Of a stretch of 64,000 bases of DNA, positions 41,510 through 50,389 are shown in pieces. Within the stretch, counting starts at the first letter, position 1, and each line of letters opens with the position of its first letter. The notes beneath the pieces were generated by a model, which saw only the letters and a program-made list of their open reading frames with translations, did no database searches and was not told where the DNA came from. The stretch is from positions 832,001 through 896,000 of the forward strand of contig OZ250165.1 in NCBI GenBank assembly GCA_965238005.1, in the 5' to 3' direction. The stretch is from Longimicrobiales bacterium. Its GTDB lineage: Bacteria > Gemmatimonadota > Gemmatimonadetes > Longimicrobiales > Gaopeijiaceae. The position numbers and the translations under genes are program-made.

Positions 41510-42325
41510 ATGATTAAGCTTACCGACATCTGGCCAGTCGAGAACCCGCACGATTACAAGGTGCATTTCGCGACTCGGAACAAAGATCGCACTGAGCCGC
41601 TTCTCGTCCTGGCACGCGACGCCGATGAATGGAAACGGTGGCAGGAATACCGCCCGAAAACGGACCAATTCAACCGGAAGTTCATCTTCTCGCTCGCGCG
41701 TGTCTACGACGAGGAGGACAGTTGGTTGTTTGGCGGGGTCTTCCGAGTCATTGAGCGCCTGCCCGAACGATACCAGGTTGAACTGACCGAACAAGGTGGA
41801 CCATTCGTTCGTCGCCTGAAGCTTCGCTCGCCCTATCGCGGCCGGGCGCGACGCGTGAACATGGAGGGGAGACTTGACGAGTTCGAGGTACAGGAAATCC
41901 TCCCCGAGCGCTATTCGGGCCTTCCATTCCCGGGCTTCGAGAGCATCGACCTAGCGTTCAGCGAGTTCGAGGTCCTCCACCGCAACAACCGCCCGGACTG
42001 GCAGGCGGCTTTGGAGAGCGTCAGTGGCGTTTACTTGATTACCGCGCGTACCCGAAGCGCGGTCCGTCAATACGTTGGCGCTGCCTACGGGGAACAGGGC
42101 ATCTGGTCGCGGTGGGTTGATTACCTGAAAACCGGTCACGGCGGAAACGCCGCGCTTCGAGAGCTTATTGGAAACGGGGGGTTACGTTACTGTCGCCGGC
42201 ACTTCCGGTTTGCTCTCCTCGAACACATGTCCCGGAATACGCTGGACGGGTCGATTCAGGACCGCGAGGCGCACTGGAAGAGAATCCTCGGAACCCGGGA
42301 CCGAGGAGGACTCAACCGGAACTAG
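41510..42325 (+). CDS. GIY-YIG nuclease family protein
   Basis: GVYLI...QYVG...RW...E...LN motif. Confidence 0.8.
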   Translation: MIKLTDIWPVENPHDYKVHFATRNKDRTEPLLVLARDADEWKRWQEYRPKTDQFNRKFIFSLARVYDEEDSWLFGGVFRVIERLPERYQVELTEQGGPFVRRLKLRSPYRGRARRVNMEGRLDEFEVQEILPERYSGLPFPGFESIDLAFSEFEVLHRNNRPDWQAALESVSGVYLITARTRSAVRQYVGAAYGEQGIWSRWVDYLKTGHGGNAALRELIGNGGLRYCRRHFRFALLEHMSRNTLDGSIQDREAHWKRILGTRDRGGLNRN

Positions 42326-43062
42326 CACTAGCGCTAGGCCAACCACATGAGGTCCCAGCATGCGGGTGCGCCTTCTCGAGACCCCAGCCTCCTGCGCCGC
42401 TGGACGCCGCGCCCGAACCCGCCGCCGGTGTGCTCGTGGCGGAGCGGCACCACCCCGGCCCGCTCCCGGCGCGATGCCGACGCACCATGCCACCGGTTGG
42501 AGGCATGGTGTCGGTCGCCCGGATCCCGAATTGCCGCGTCGAGGCGGGAGCCGGGCGACAGCCCGTGGACTTGCGCCGGAGCGCGGACCTGTCGGGGGTC
42601 GAAGGGGCGGAGCCCCTCGCCAGCCCTTGCCGGGGACCCGCGAAGCGTGGCCCCAAGGGGTATGCTGGCTTAGCCACATTAGAGTGGCTCAAGCCAGCCC
42701 TGCGGACGCCTCCGAAACGCGCTCCGAGCAGCCACCCGGAACAGCGGGCGAAGGGCCAACTCTTGCCCGCCAGATCGGCCGCCCGGTCGTTCATGAGCCG
42801 GTCGCTCCGAGGACCGAGAGCGGGGGCGGTAACGACGACGGCGGCGACTACGATGATCGGCGGGGAGCCCACCAGGCGCTCGTTCACGACGGCGGCGCTC
42901 TCTGCCGCGTGGCCGCGTTCCGCCCTACCGTAACCCCTCGGCGACCGGCGATCGTGCGTCAGAGGCGATCCTACGGCCCGCAGCTTTCCGGAAATGCCCG
43001 TGGAACGCCCCGGAAACGGCCTCTGAGCCCGTCGCGGAACCGGCGGCACAACAGGGGGGTGG

Positions 43063-44229
43063 TTAGGCTTCGGTGCTCGCTCTCCGCCCCGCCAGATACT
43101 CCGCCCACTGCTCCATCAGGACGCGGCGGCGCTCGAACAGGTCCGAGCGGGCGTAGGCGGCCTCCACCCTGTTGCGGACCGCGTGCGCCAGCGCCGCCTC
43201 CATAACCGCGTGCGGCGCGTCGGTGCGCTCCGCCGCCCAATCGCGGAAGCTCGAACGGAAGCCGTGCGGCACGGTCGCGATCCCGAGCGCCTTGAGAAGC
43301 CCGGCGAACTCGAAACTCGACAGCACCAGCCCCCGCGCCGACGGGAACACCCACTCCGAACGAGGCGCGTACGCCTTCGCCTCGGCCAAGATCTCCCTCG
43401 CTCGCGCCGACAGCGGCACCCGGTGCTCGCGCCGGCTCTTCATCCGCTCCGCCGGAATCGTCCACTCCCCGGCCTCCATGTCGATCTCCTCCCACCGCGT
43501 CCCACGCACCTCGCCCGACCGGCAGGCCGTCAGCACGAGGAACTCGATGCCCAGCTTCACCGCGACCCTCGCCTCGGCCCGCCGCACGGCCTCGACCGCC
43601 GCGGCCACCTCCCCGTAGGGCAGCGCCTTGTAGTGCTTCTGGATGCGAGGGGGTTTCGGCAACGCCGCCCCGATCGCATCGCCCGCCGGGTTGTCCACGC
43701 GGTAGCCCTGCGCGATCGCCCACCTCATCACCGTCGAAATCCGCTGACGGACCCGCTTGGCCGTCTGGTGCTTCTCGTTCCAGATCGGAAGCAACACGCC
43801 CATCACATCGGCCGATGAAATCCGGTCCACCCGCTTCCGCCCGACCCCCGGAAACGCGTACATGTGTAGCGTTGACATCCACTGGCCCGCGTGCCTGTCG
43901 GTCCAGGTCGGACGGTGCATCGCGAACACCTTGGCGGCCGCCTGCTCGAACGTCGGCACCGAGCGACGGGGTGTTGCCCTGGGGTCCCCGCCCGCTCTGG
44001 CCACCTTGCGGTTGGCCAGCGCGGCGTCGCGGGCCTCGGCCAGCGTCACGAGGCGGACGGGACCGAGCCCCAATTCTCTGCGCTTGCCGTGGACGAACAG
44101 GCGCTGGATCCACTGCTTGTAGCCGGACGGCTTGACCCGGAGCACGAGGCCGTGCTCGTCCCAGTAGAGGCCCGGCTGCCGGACGCTCCGCACGAAGGCG
44201 GCTGTGAGTTTCTTGCCGTGTCTGCCCAT
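43063..44229 (-). CDS. P4-family tyrosine integrase
   Basis: RELGLGPVRLVTLAEAR, TACRSGE, PHGFRSSFRDWA, ALAH, AAYARSDL. Confidence 0.92.
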   Translation of the reverse strand: MGRHGKKLTAAFVRSVRQPGLYWDEHGLVLRVKPSGYKQWIQRLFVHGKRRELGLGPVRLVTLAEARDAALANRKVARAGGDPRATPRRSVPTFEQAAAKVFAMHRPTWTDRHAGQWMSTLHMYAFPGVGRKRVDRISSADVMGVLLPIWNEKHQTAKRVRQRISTVMRWAIAQGYRVDNPAGDAIGAALPKPPRIQKHYKALPYGEVAAAVEAVRRAEARVAVKLGIEFLVLTACRSGEVRGTRWEEIDMEAGEWTIPAERMKSRREHRVPLSARAREILAEAKAYAPRSEWVFPSARGLVLSSFEFAGLLKALGIATVPHGFRSSFRDWAAERTDAPHAVMEAALAHAVRNRVEAAYARSDLFERRRVLMEQWAEYLAGRRASTEA

Positions 44230-44384
44230 CTGGTCACCCTTTCGCGATCACCCCTCTGATCACCCTTTCGGTGCTGGAACACACCGAACGCTCTGACACG
44301 GCAGTATAATATAAGTAGTTTTATAACAACAACTTCACTTGCTCTACGGGATTGCCTTAAACCTATCTGGACGGTGTGCAGAAG

Positions 44385-44921
44385 GAGTACCAGGCGTTCG
44401 CCACCGTGGGCCAGGACGACCCCGCTGGCGACGAGAAGGCCTTCGCGCTGACGCGGCAGTGCCGCTGCATCCCGATCGTCGCCACGCAGTCGATCTCCTC
44501 GCTCCGCTCCGTTCTGTCCGGCACGGACGCCTGGCGCACACTGGTCCAGACGCTCCGCACCCGGATCTTCCTGTCCTTGAGCGACGAGTCCTCGGCCAGG
44601 ATCGCGTCGGAGATGTGCGGCAGCGTCATGAAGACGCAGCCCTCCTACACGTTCACCGAGACCACGGGCCGGCCGGAGTTCTCGCTCCTGTCGGGACGCG
44701 CCGGAGGCGGACGGGGCACGATCGGCGCGAGCAAGTCGTTCCGGCAGGCGCGGGAGCCGGTCTTCACGCCCCGGGACTTCAGCCTCCTCGCCAACTATCA
44801 GGCGATCTGCCTGCCCTACGATGGCACGAAGTCCCTGCCGGCCCGGCGCGTCTACCTGAAGCCCCACTACCTGCCGAGGGGCACGGGTTACTGGCGGTTC
44901 CGCGAGGAGGGCCGGCTGTGA
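44385..44921 (+). pseudogene. virD4: VirD4 copy 2, 3' part
   Basis: Resumes at EYQAFATVGQDD and closely matches the copy 1 C-terminus. Confidence 0.85.
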
Positions 44922-45901
44922 AGCGCGCGAGCGGGATCGCGCACCTGCGACCGTTCCTGCCGGGCCTCGAGGCCGTGCTCGAGGATCCGGAGGTCTCCGA
45001 GCTCATGATCAACGGGCCGGGGAACGTCTGGGTCGAACGCGGCGGCGAGCTCGAGCCCATCGAGGCGCCGGCTCTCACCGCCGCCGCGCTCTACCGGGCG
45101 GCGATCCACATTGCGCGGCCGCTCGGGCTCGATCCCGCCGCCCGGCCCGTCCTCGACGCCCGGCTCGACGACGGCTCGAGGGTCGCCATATGCACGCCGC
45201 CCGCGAGCCCCCACGTGGCGATGACGATCCGCCGGTTCGGGGGCCGTGCGTTCTCCGCCGAGGACCTCGTCGGCCAGGGGGCTCTCCCCGAGACGGTGTT
45301 CCGGGCCGCCCGCGACGCCCTCCATTCCCGGCGCAACATCCTGGTCTCGGGAGGCACCGGCTCGGGCAAGACCACACTGCTGAACGCCCTGATCGAGCTG
45401 CTCCCCGAGGAGGAGCGGATCGTCGCCATCGAGGACACGCTCGAGCTCAGGATCGACCGGACCAACTGCCTGCGCTTCGAGGCCGGAGCCGCCGGCCTCG
45501 ACTCACCCGTGTCGATCCGCGACCTGGTCCGCCATGCGCTCCGCCACCGGCCCGACCACATCGTCGTCGGCGAGGTCAGGGGCGGCGAGGCCGCCGATCT
45601 GCTGCAGGCGCTGAACACCGGCCACGGCGGATCGCTCACCACCGTGCACGCGAACAACGCCCGCTCCGCGCTGTCGCGACTGGCGAGCTGCGCCATGCAG
45701 GCCGGAGGCGCCCTCCCCTGGGAGGTCACCTGCCGAGGCGTGGTCGACGGCATCCATCTGGTCGTCCACATGACCCGTCGAGGGGGCCGACGCTTCGTCG
45801 AGGAAGCGCTCCGTGTGAAGGGCTACGAGGCGGCCGCCAACCGCTGGCTCACCGAGACGATATGGAGGAAGGACGATGAAGAACAAACAGAAAAGGAGTG
45901 A
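44918..45901 (+). CDS. virB11: VirB11/CpaF-family ATPase, copy 2
   Basis: Same motifs as copy 1; GTG start overlaps the virD4 stop. Confidence 0.88.
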   Translation: MKRASGIAHLRPFLPGLEAVLEDPEVSELMINGPGNVWVERGGELEPIEAPALTAAALYRAAIHIARPLGLDPAARPVLDARLDDGSRVAICTPPASPHVAMTIRRFGGRAFSAEDLVGQGALPETVFRAARDALHSRRNILVSGGTGSGKTTLLNALIELLPEEERIVAIEDTLELRIDRTNCLRFEAGAAGLDSPVSIRDLVRHALRHRPDHIVVGEVRGGEAADLLQALNTGHGGSLTTVHANNARSALSRLASCAMQAGGALPWEVTCRGVVDGIHLVVHMTRRGGRRFVEEALRVKGYEAAANRWLTETIWRKDDEEQTEKE

Positions 45902-45905
45902 GGAC

Positions 45906-46109
45906 ATGGAAAGCGACGAGAAGATCGTCCGCGTCGAGACGCTCGACGACTTCGACCGCGAGCTCGCGCGCGACGGGGGCGAGGCCCTCGAGGTGCCAGC
46001 ATCGCTGGCCGAGCAGTACGGCCTCTTCCCCGAGGACGTGGGCACCGAAGACGAGATCCGGGACGCCTCGGAGGATCCGCACGGCCGGGAGGAGGAGGAG
46101 GACCGATGA
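45906..46109 (+). CDS. Small acidic hypothetical protein, copy 2
   Basis: Paralogue of 12105-12302. Confidence 0.6.
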   Translation: MESDEKIVRVETLDDFDRELARDGGEALEVPASLAEQYGLFPEDVGTEDEIRDASEDPHGREEEEDR

Positions 46110-47134
46110 AACACGACGAATACCACCGCCAGTTCGCCGATGCGATCATCGAGCAGATCCGCCAGGGCACGGCACCGTGGCAGAAGCCCTGGGGGCCGGG
46201 CGAGCGTGTGCTCCCCGCTAACGTCGATACCGGACGCTCCTACGCGGGAGGCAACAGCCTGCACCTTGCCGCCGTCCAGCAGGAGCGCGGCTACGGCGAC
46301 GTGCGCTGGGGAACCTACCGCCAGATCCAGGCCCGGGGCGGACAGGTGCGGAAGGGCGAGCAGGGCACCCGCATCCTCTCATTCCAGGACCACCGGAGGA
46401 TCGCCGTCACCGACGAGCGCGGCCGGCCCGTCAGGGACAACGAAGGCAAGCGCGTCTACCGCCACGAGCGGATGCGCGCGCCCGTCGTCCGGCAGTACAC
46501 CGTCTTCAACGCAGAGCAGGCGGACGGGCTCCCGGCCCGGCCCGCGCCCGCTGCCGAGCCGCTCTGGAAGGCCCACCAGGAGGCCGAACGCGTCCTCGCG
46601 GACAGCGGCGTCCCCGTCCGTCACGTGGCGGGGGACCGGGCGTACTACAACCTGAACCGCGACGAGATCGTGCTGCCCGAGCGGGCACAGTTCCCCTCTG
46701 CCAATCACTACTACCAGACCGCGCTCCACGAGCTGGGGCACAGCACGGGCCACCCGGAGCGGATGAACCGCGCCACCCTCGTCGAGGGGATGAGCGAAGG
46801 GTTCGGCTCGCCGGCCTACGCGAAGGAGGAGCTCCGCGCCGAGATCAGCGCCATGATGACGGGCGAGCGGGTCGGCGTGGGCCACGACCCGAGCCGGGGC
46901 GCCGCCTACGTCGAGGGCTGGGTCGCCGCCCTCAAGGAGGACCCCCGCGAGATCCGCCGCGCCGCGGCCGACGCACAGAAGATCTCCGACTTCGTGCTCG
47001 CCCGAAGCCGTGAGCGCGAGCCCGAGCGCGAGCCGGCGCCCGTGGCGGCCACCCGCGCGCCCGCCCGGGAGCCCGCCGTCCGGCCGGAGCTTCCGCTGCC
47101 GCTACCGAACCGGAGCTTCGGCCCGCGCCGCTGA
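46106..47134 (+). CDS. ardC: ArdC antirestriction protein, copy 2
   Basis: Paralogue of 12299-13327 with the HELGH motif. Confidence 0.88.
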   Translation: MKHDEYHRQFADAIIEQIRQGTAPWQKPWGPGERVLPANVDTGRSYAGGNSLHLAAVQQERGYGDVRWGTYRQIQARGGQVRKGEQGTRILSFQDHRRIAVTDERGRPVRDNEGKRVYRHERMRAPVVRQYTVFNAEQADGLPARPAPAAEPLWKAHQEAERVLADSGVPVRHVAGDRAYYNLNRDEIVLPERAQFPSANHYYQTALHELGHSTGHPERMNRATLVEGMSEGFGSPAYAKEELRAEISAMMTGERVGVGHDPSRGAAYVEGWVAALKEDPREIRRAAADAQKISDFVLARSREREPEREPAPVAATRAPAREPAVRPELPLPLPNRSFGPRR

Positions 47135-47152
47135 CGCCCAAGGAGGGACAAC

Positions 47153-48034
47153 ATGATGGACCGAACGATCGAATCGGACCCGCGCCCCGCCGCGCCACAA
47201 AGCCGCACTCACTACCGCATGCGGGACGGCCATCGCCGAGAATACGACGCGCGCGAGGGCGCCGGGTCCATCTCCTTCCGCGAACGGTGCCGTGGGGCGC
47301 TCGCCGACATCGGCATCTACGGCGCCGTCTCCGTCCGCGATCTCGCCGAGGCTCACTTCGGCGGCCATCCCTACACCACCCGGCGGGCCGTGAACGCCTG
47401 GACCCGCGAAGGGCTCGCCCAAGAAACCCGAGCCACTGGACCCAACGGCAACCCGTTCAAGGTTCTGACGCTCACACGGAGCGGCGTCGCCGCCACACGT
47501 GAGCTGGCCTCCGCGCGAGGGCTGGATCCCGGCCAGGAGATCGGTATCGCTCGCCTCCAACGCTCCCAGCTCGCACACGACACCGCGATCTACAGGGCCT
47601 GCGGGCTCGAACGCCAACGCCTGCTCGAGCGGGGCGCCCGGGTCCGGCGTGTCCGCTTGGACGGCGAGCTCAAGAGCACCGTCGCGCGCAAGAGCGAGGC
47701 CGCAAGGGCGAGAGACGGCCGGCGGGCCGCAGACGCCGAACGGCACCGCGCCGCCCAAGAACTGGACCTGCCTATCGACGCCCGGGGACGCGTGCTCTAC
47801 CCCGATGCACAGATCGAATACACCGACTCCGACGGGCGGAGCGGCCGCGTCAACATCGAGGTCGCCTCCGGCAACTACCGCCAGGGAGCGGTCCGGGCCA
47901 AGGCCGCCGCCGGGTTCCGGATGCACGCCAACGGACCGGCCGGGAGACGGGTCCTCCGAATCCTCGGGCCGGGCAGCGATCGTAGCTCCCTGCGTGGCCC
48001 GGCGGAGCACGACCCCGCGGCGCTCGAGCTCTAA
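47153..48034 (+). CDS. Replic_Relax-like wHTH/PD-(D/E)xK protein, copy 2
   Basis: LAHDTAIY, YPDAQIEY...NIEVASGNY. Confidence 0.45.
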   Translation: MMDRTIESDPRPAAPQSRTHYRMRDGHRREYDAREGAGSISFRERCRGALADIGIYGAVSVRDLAEAHFGGHPYTTRRAVNAWTREGLAQETRATGPNGNPFKVLTLTRSGVAATRELASARGLDPGQEIGIARLQRSQLAHDTAIYRACGLERQRLLERGARVRRVRLDGELKSTVARKSEAARARDGRRAADAERHRAAQELDLPIDARGRVLYPDAQIEYTDSDGRSGRVNIEVASGNYRQGAVRAKAAAGFRMHANGPAGRRVLRILGPGSDRSSLRGPAEHDPAALEL

Positions 48035-48043
48035 GGACCTCGC

Positions 48044-48358
48044 GTGCAACCCTGGAAGATCAGCGTAGGGCTCAGCGCTGCCCTTGCCGGCTCGGTCGTC
48101 CTCCTAGCCGGATCCCGCCTCGAGTACCTCGCGCCGTTCTGGCCGCTGATCCTCGCCGACTATGGCGCCGTCGTGGTCATGCACCTGGGGTTGGCGCTAG
48201 CGGCGGTCCTGGCTTCCCTCTACGCCGTCGCGCGCGCCGCCGGGCTCTCCGACCTGGGGCGCCGCGTCGATCTCGTCGAACGCTCCGTTCGGCGCGGCGA
48301 AGGCGATCCCGCACTCGCCGACGCGCTCCGCAGGGATGCGGAGGGCGAGTGGGACTGA
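48044..48358 (+). CDS. Small membrane protein, copy 2
   Basis: Paralogue of 14257-14571. Confidence 0.6.
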   Translation: MQPWKISVGLSAALAGSVVLLAGSRLEYLAPFWPLILADYGAVVVMHLGLALAAVLASLYAVARAAGLSDLGRRVDLVERSVRRGEGDPALADALRRDAEGEWD

Positions 48359-48925
48359 GCCCAGACCCTTGCCGGGGCTGGACGCGTCCCCGGAAGACGC
48401 ACTCCCGATGTGGAGCTGGTGAGCCTCGAACTACGACTGGTGAAATGGATCGTCGGTGCCGCGCTGGCCGGCGCCGCCCTCGTCATCGCGGCCGTATGGC
48501 TCTTCGGCGGCCAGCCTTACATCCCCGTTTTTGGGGCTTAGGAGCCGTCCCAAGAAGGCTTAGCAGCTTCTGGGCGCCTAGAAGCCGTTTACCCCCCCGG
48601 ATCCGTCTCCAGGTCCTCGACGTCGGCCTGCTCCGCGCCGCCCTCGCCCTCCTGGAAGCCGAACTCGGCCGCGATGGACCAGCTGCAAGCGACCGGCAGC
48701 CCCAAGTCGCCGGTCGCGTCCAGCGTCGCGCCGAGGTCGGCCGATCGCCAAATCAAGACCACAGGCTCGCCGCCGAGCATCGTGATCGTCACGTCTCCTC
48801 CTCCTGGGCCATTCGGCAGGGTTGACCTCATCCGGGAATCGTGACCGTAGGGACCCGTAACCACGGGACACAGCGGCCGATATAGCCGGTGGAGGCCCGT
48901 CCGGTCTGGCCCGCCCGGGATCCAC

Positions 48926-49095
48926 CTACGCCTCGTGGGGGTCGGGCATGCGGTAGCCGACGCCGTGCTCGTTGAAGATGTAGGCGGGAGTGGAGGCGGT
49001 GTCGCCGAGCTTGCGGCGGAGCCTCCTGACCGCGGTTCGCACGCGGTCGGCGTCGCCGGACTCGCGCCTGCCCCACACCTGACGGAGCAGGCCTC
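48926..49095 (-). pseudogene. OmpR/KdpE-type winged-helix C-terminal fragment
   Basis: Minus strand reads QVWGRRESGDADRVRTAVRRLRRKLGD...YIFNEHGVGYRM. Confidence 0.55.
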
Positions 49096-49226
49096 GGCGA
49101 ACCCGTTCCTCCGCCGGACTGCCGGGGACTGGGGGATAGCGCCGTCCGGGCCGCCTGTCACGACCATGACATGCGAGTTTTTCGCATTGTCACGGTATTG
49201 GTCACTAAAACCGCGTAGATTAGAGT

Positions 49227-49260
49227 CAAGCTCCCGATAGTTGTAACTATCGGGAGCAAC
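49227..49260. other. lox-like recombination site A (13-8-13)
   Basis: CAAGCTCCCGATA-GTTGTAAC-TATCGGGAGCAAC. Confidence 0.8.
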
Positions 49261-49308
49261 GCCGCATGGAAAGTGTGACGAAGCGGCTGCACGTCAACCC
49301 TTCGGCGC

Positions 49309-50301
49309 TCACTTGCGCTTCTGCAGCCGTGCGAGCTGCGCGGCGCCGTTCCGCTGCGCGAGAAGCCGCTCGCCGTAGCGCTGCACCATCGAGGCGCTCT
49401 TCCAGCGTCCGGCCTGCATGATTGCGGGGATCCCGATCCCCGAGGCGATCATGTCCTGGGCCGCGCCCACGCGCGGGCTGTGCCCGGAGATCCGCCGCAC
49501 CATGTCGGAAGGCAGGCCCGCGCGCTCGGCCATCGCGCGGTAGATGCGGGGCACCTGGCTTGCGTCGAGCGCCTCGCCCAAGGCGCCGTCCTTCGTGACC
49601 GAACGGAACAGCCTGCCCGAGGCGATGCCGCTCCGGTCGAGCCACGCCCGCACCAGCTTCACGGTGTCGCGGTGGAGGTAGAGCGTCGCGCCGCCGCCGC
49701 CGGAATCGGTCTTGCCGCACCGCACGAGGAGCGAGGCCGATCCTCCCCTATCCACGGTCATGTCAACGACTTGCAGCGCGACCAGCTCGGATCGCCGGAG
49801 CATCGCGTCGTAGGCGACGGCGAGGAGGGCGCGGTTCCGCAGGTCGATTGGCCGGTCGCCCGCGGCCGCGATCAGGCGCCGCCGGAGCCTCCAGGTCAGC
49901 CCCTGTACCTGCCTCTGCCGAGACCCATTCCTTCGGCGCATGCGCTGGAGCGCCCGCTGCACGGCGGCGTGCTCGAGCGGGCTTTGCTCCCCGGCCGCCC
50001 TGTGCGCCACGGTGAGGCTGAAGACGTAGCGGCGCACGGTGGCCGGGGCCCGGCCACCGGCCATCGCATCGACGTACGCCGCCACCGTCTCCGCTCGCGC
50101 GGGCAGCGGCGAGAGGTCCCGCTCGGCGCACCACGACGCGAACGCGTCCAGATCCGCCCTGAGCGCCCGGACGGTATGGCCGCTGAGGGCACCCCGGGCG
50201 TCATCGAGGCAGGCATCGAGGCGTTCTCCGGTTTGTGACAATGTGATGGCACGGTCTGAAGGACCTGACACGCGTCCCGGACCCGTAATCCGCATAAACA
50301 C
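49309..50301 (-). CDS. Cre-like tyrosine recombinase
   Basis: SAM-like N-domain, DAMLRRSEL, GKTD, SGHSPRVGAAQDM, IMQAGRW, MVQRY (Cre-type R-K-H-R-W-Y). Confidence 0.88.
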   Translation of the reverse strand: MFMRITGPGRVSGPSDRAITLSQTGERLDACLDDARGALSGHTVRALRADLDAFASWCAERDLSPLPARAETVAAYVDAMAGGRAPATVRRYVFSLTVAHRAAGEQSPLEHAAVQRALQRMRRRNGSRQRQVQGLTWRLRRRLIAAAGDRPIDLRNRALLAVAYDAMLRRSELVALQVVDMTVDRGGSASLLVRCGKTDSGGGGATLYLHRDTVKLVRAWLDRSGIASGRLFRSVTKDGALGEALDASQVPRIYRAMAERAGLPSDMVRRISGHSPRVGAAQDMIASGIGIPAIMQAGRWKSASMVQRYGERLLAQRNGAAQLARLQKRK

Positions 50302-50330
50302 CTCCGCAACAACAACATACGTGAATTCAG

Positions 50331-50364
50331 CAAGCTCCCGATAGTTACAACTATCGGGAGCTTG
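50331..50364. other. lox-like recombination site B (13-8-13), inverted relative to A
   Basis: CAAGCTCCCGATA-GTTACAAC-TATCGGGAGCTTG with perfect arms; spacer is the reverse complement of the site A spacer. Confidence 0.85.
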
Positions 50365-50389
50365 AAAACCCTGTCGCGAAAGGTTTGGG

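Larger units (their letters stand above)
40197..44393. mobile_element. 4.2-kb integrative element inserted in virD4
   Basis: Direct repeat GAGTACCAG at 40197-40205 and 44385-44393; ATCACCC arm-like repeats at both ends; encodes a P4-type integrase. Confidence 0.88.

Noticed and set aside
49227..50364. The palindromes as Rho-independent terminators or IS terminal repeats
   Set aside because: There is no clear U-tract at site A, no DDE transposase and no target duplication, and the 13-8-13 geometry next to a Cre-like gene fits recombination sites better.
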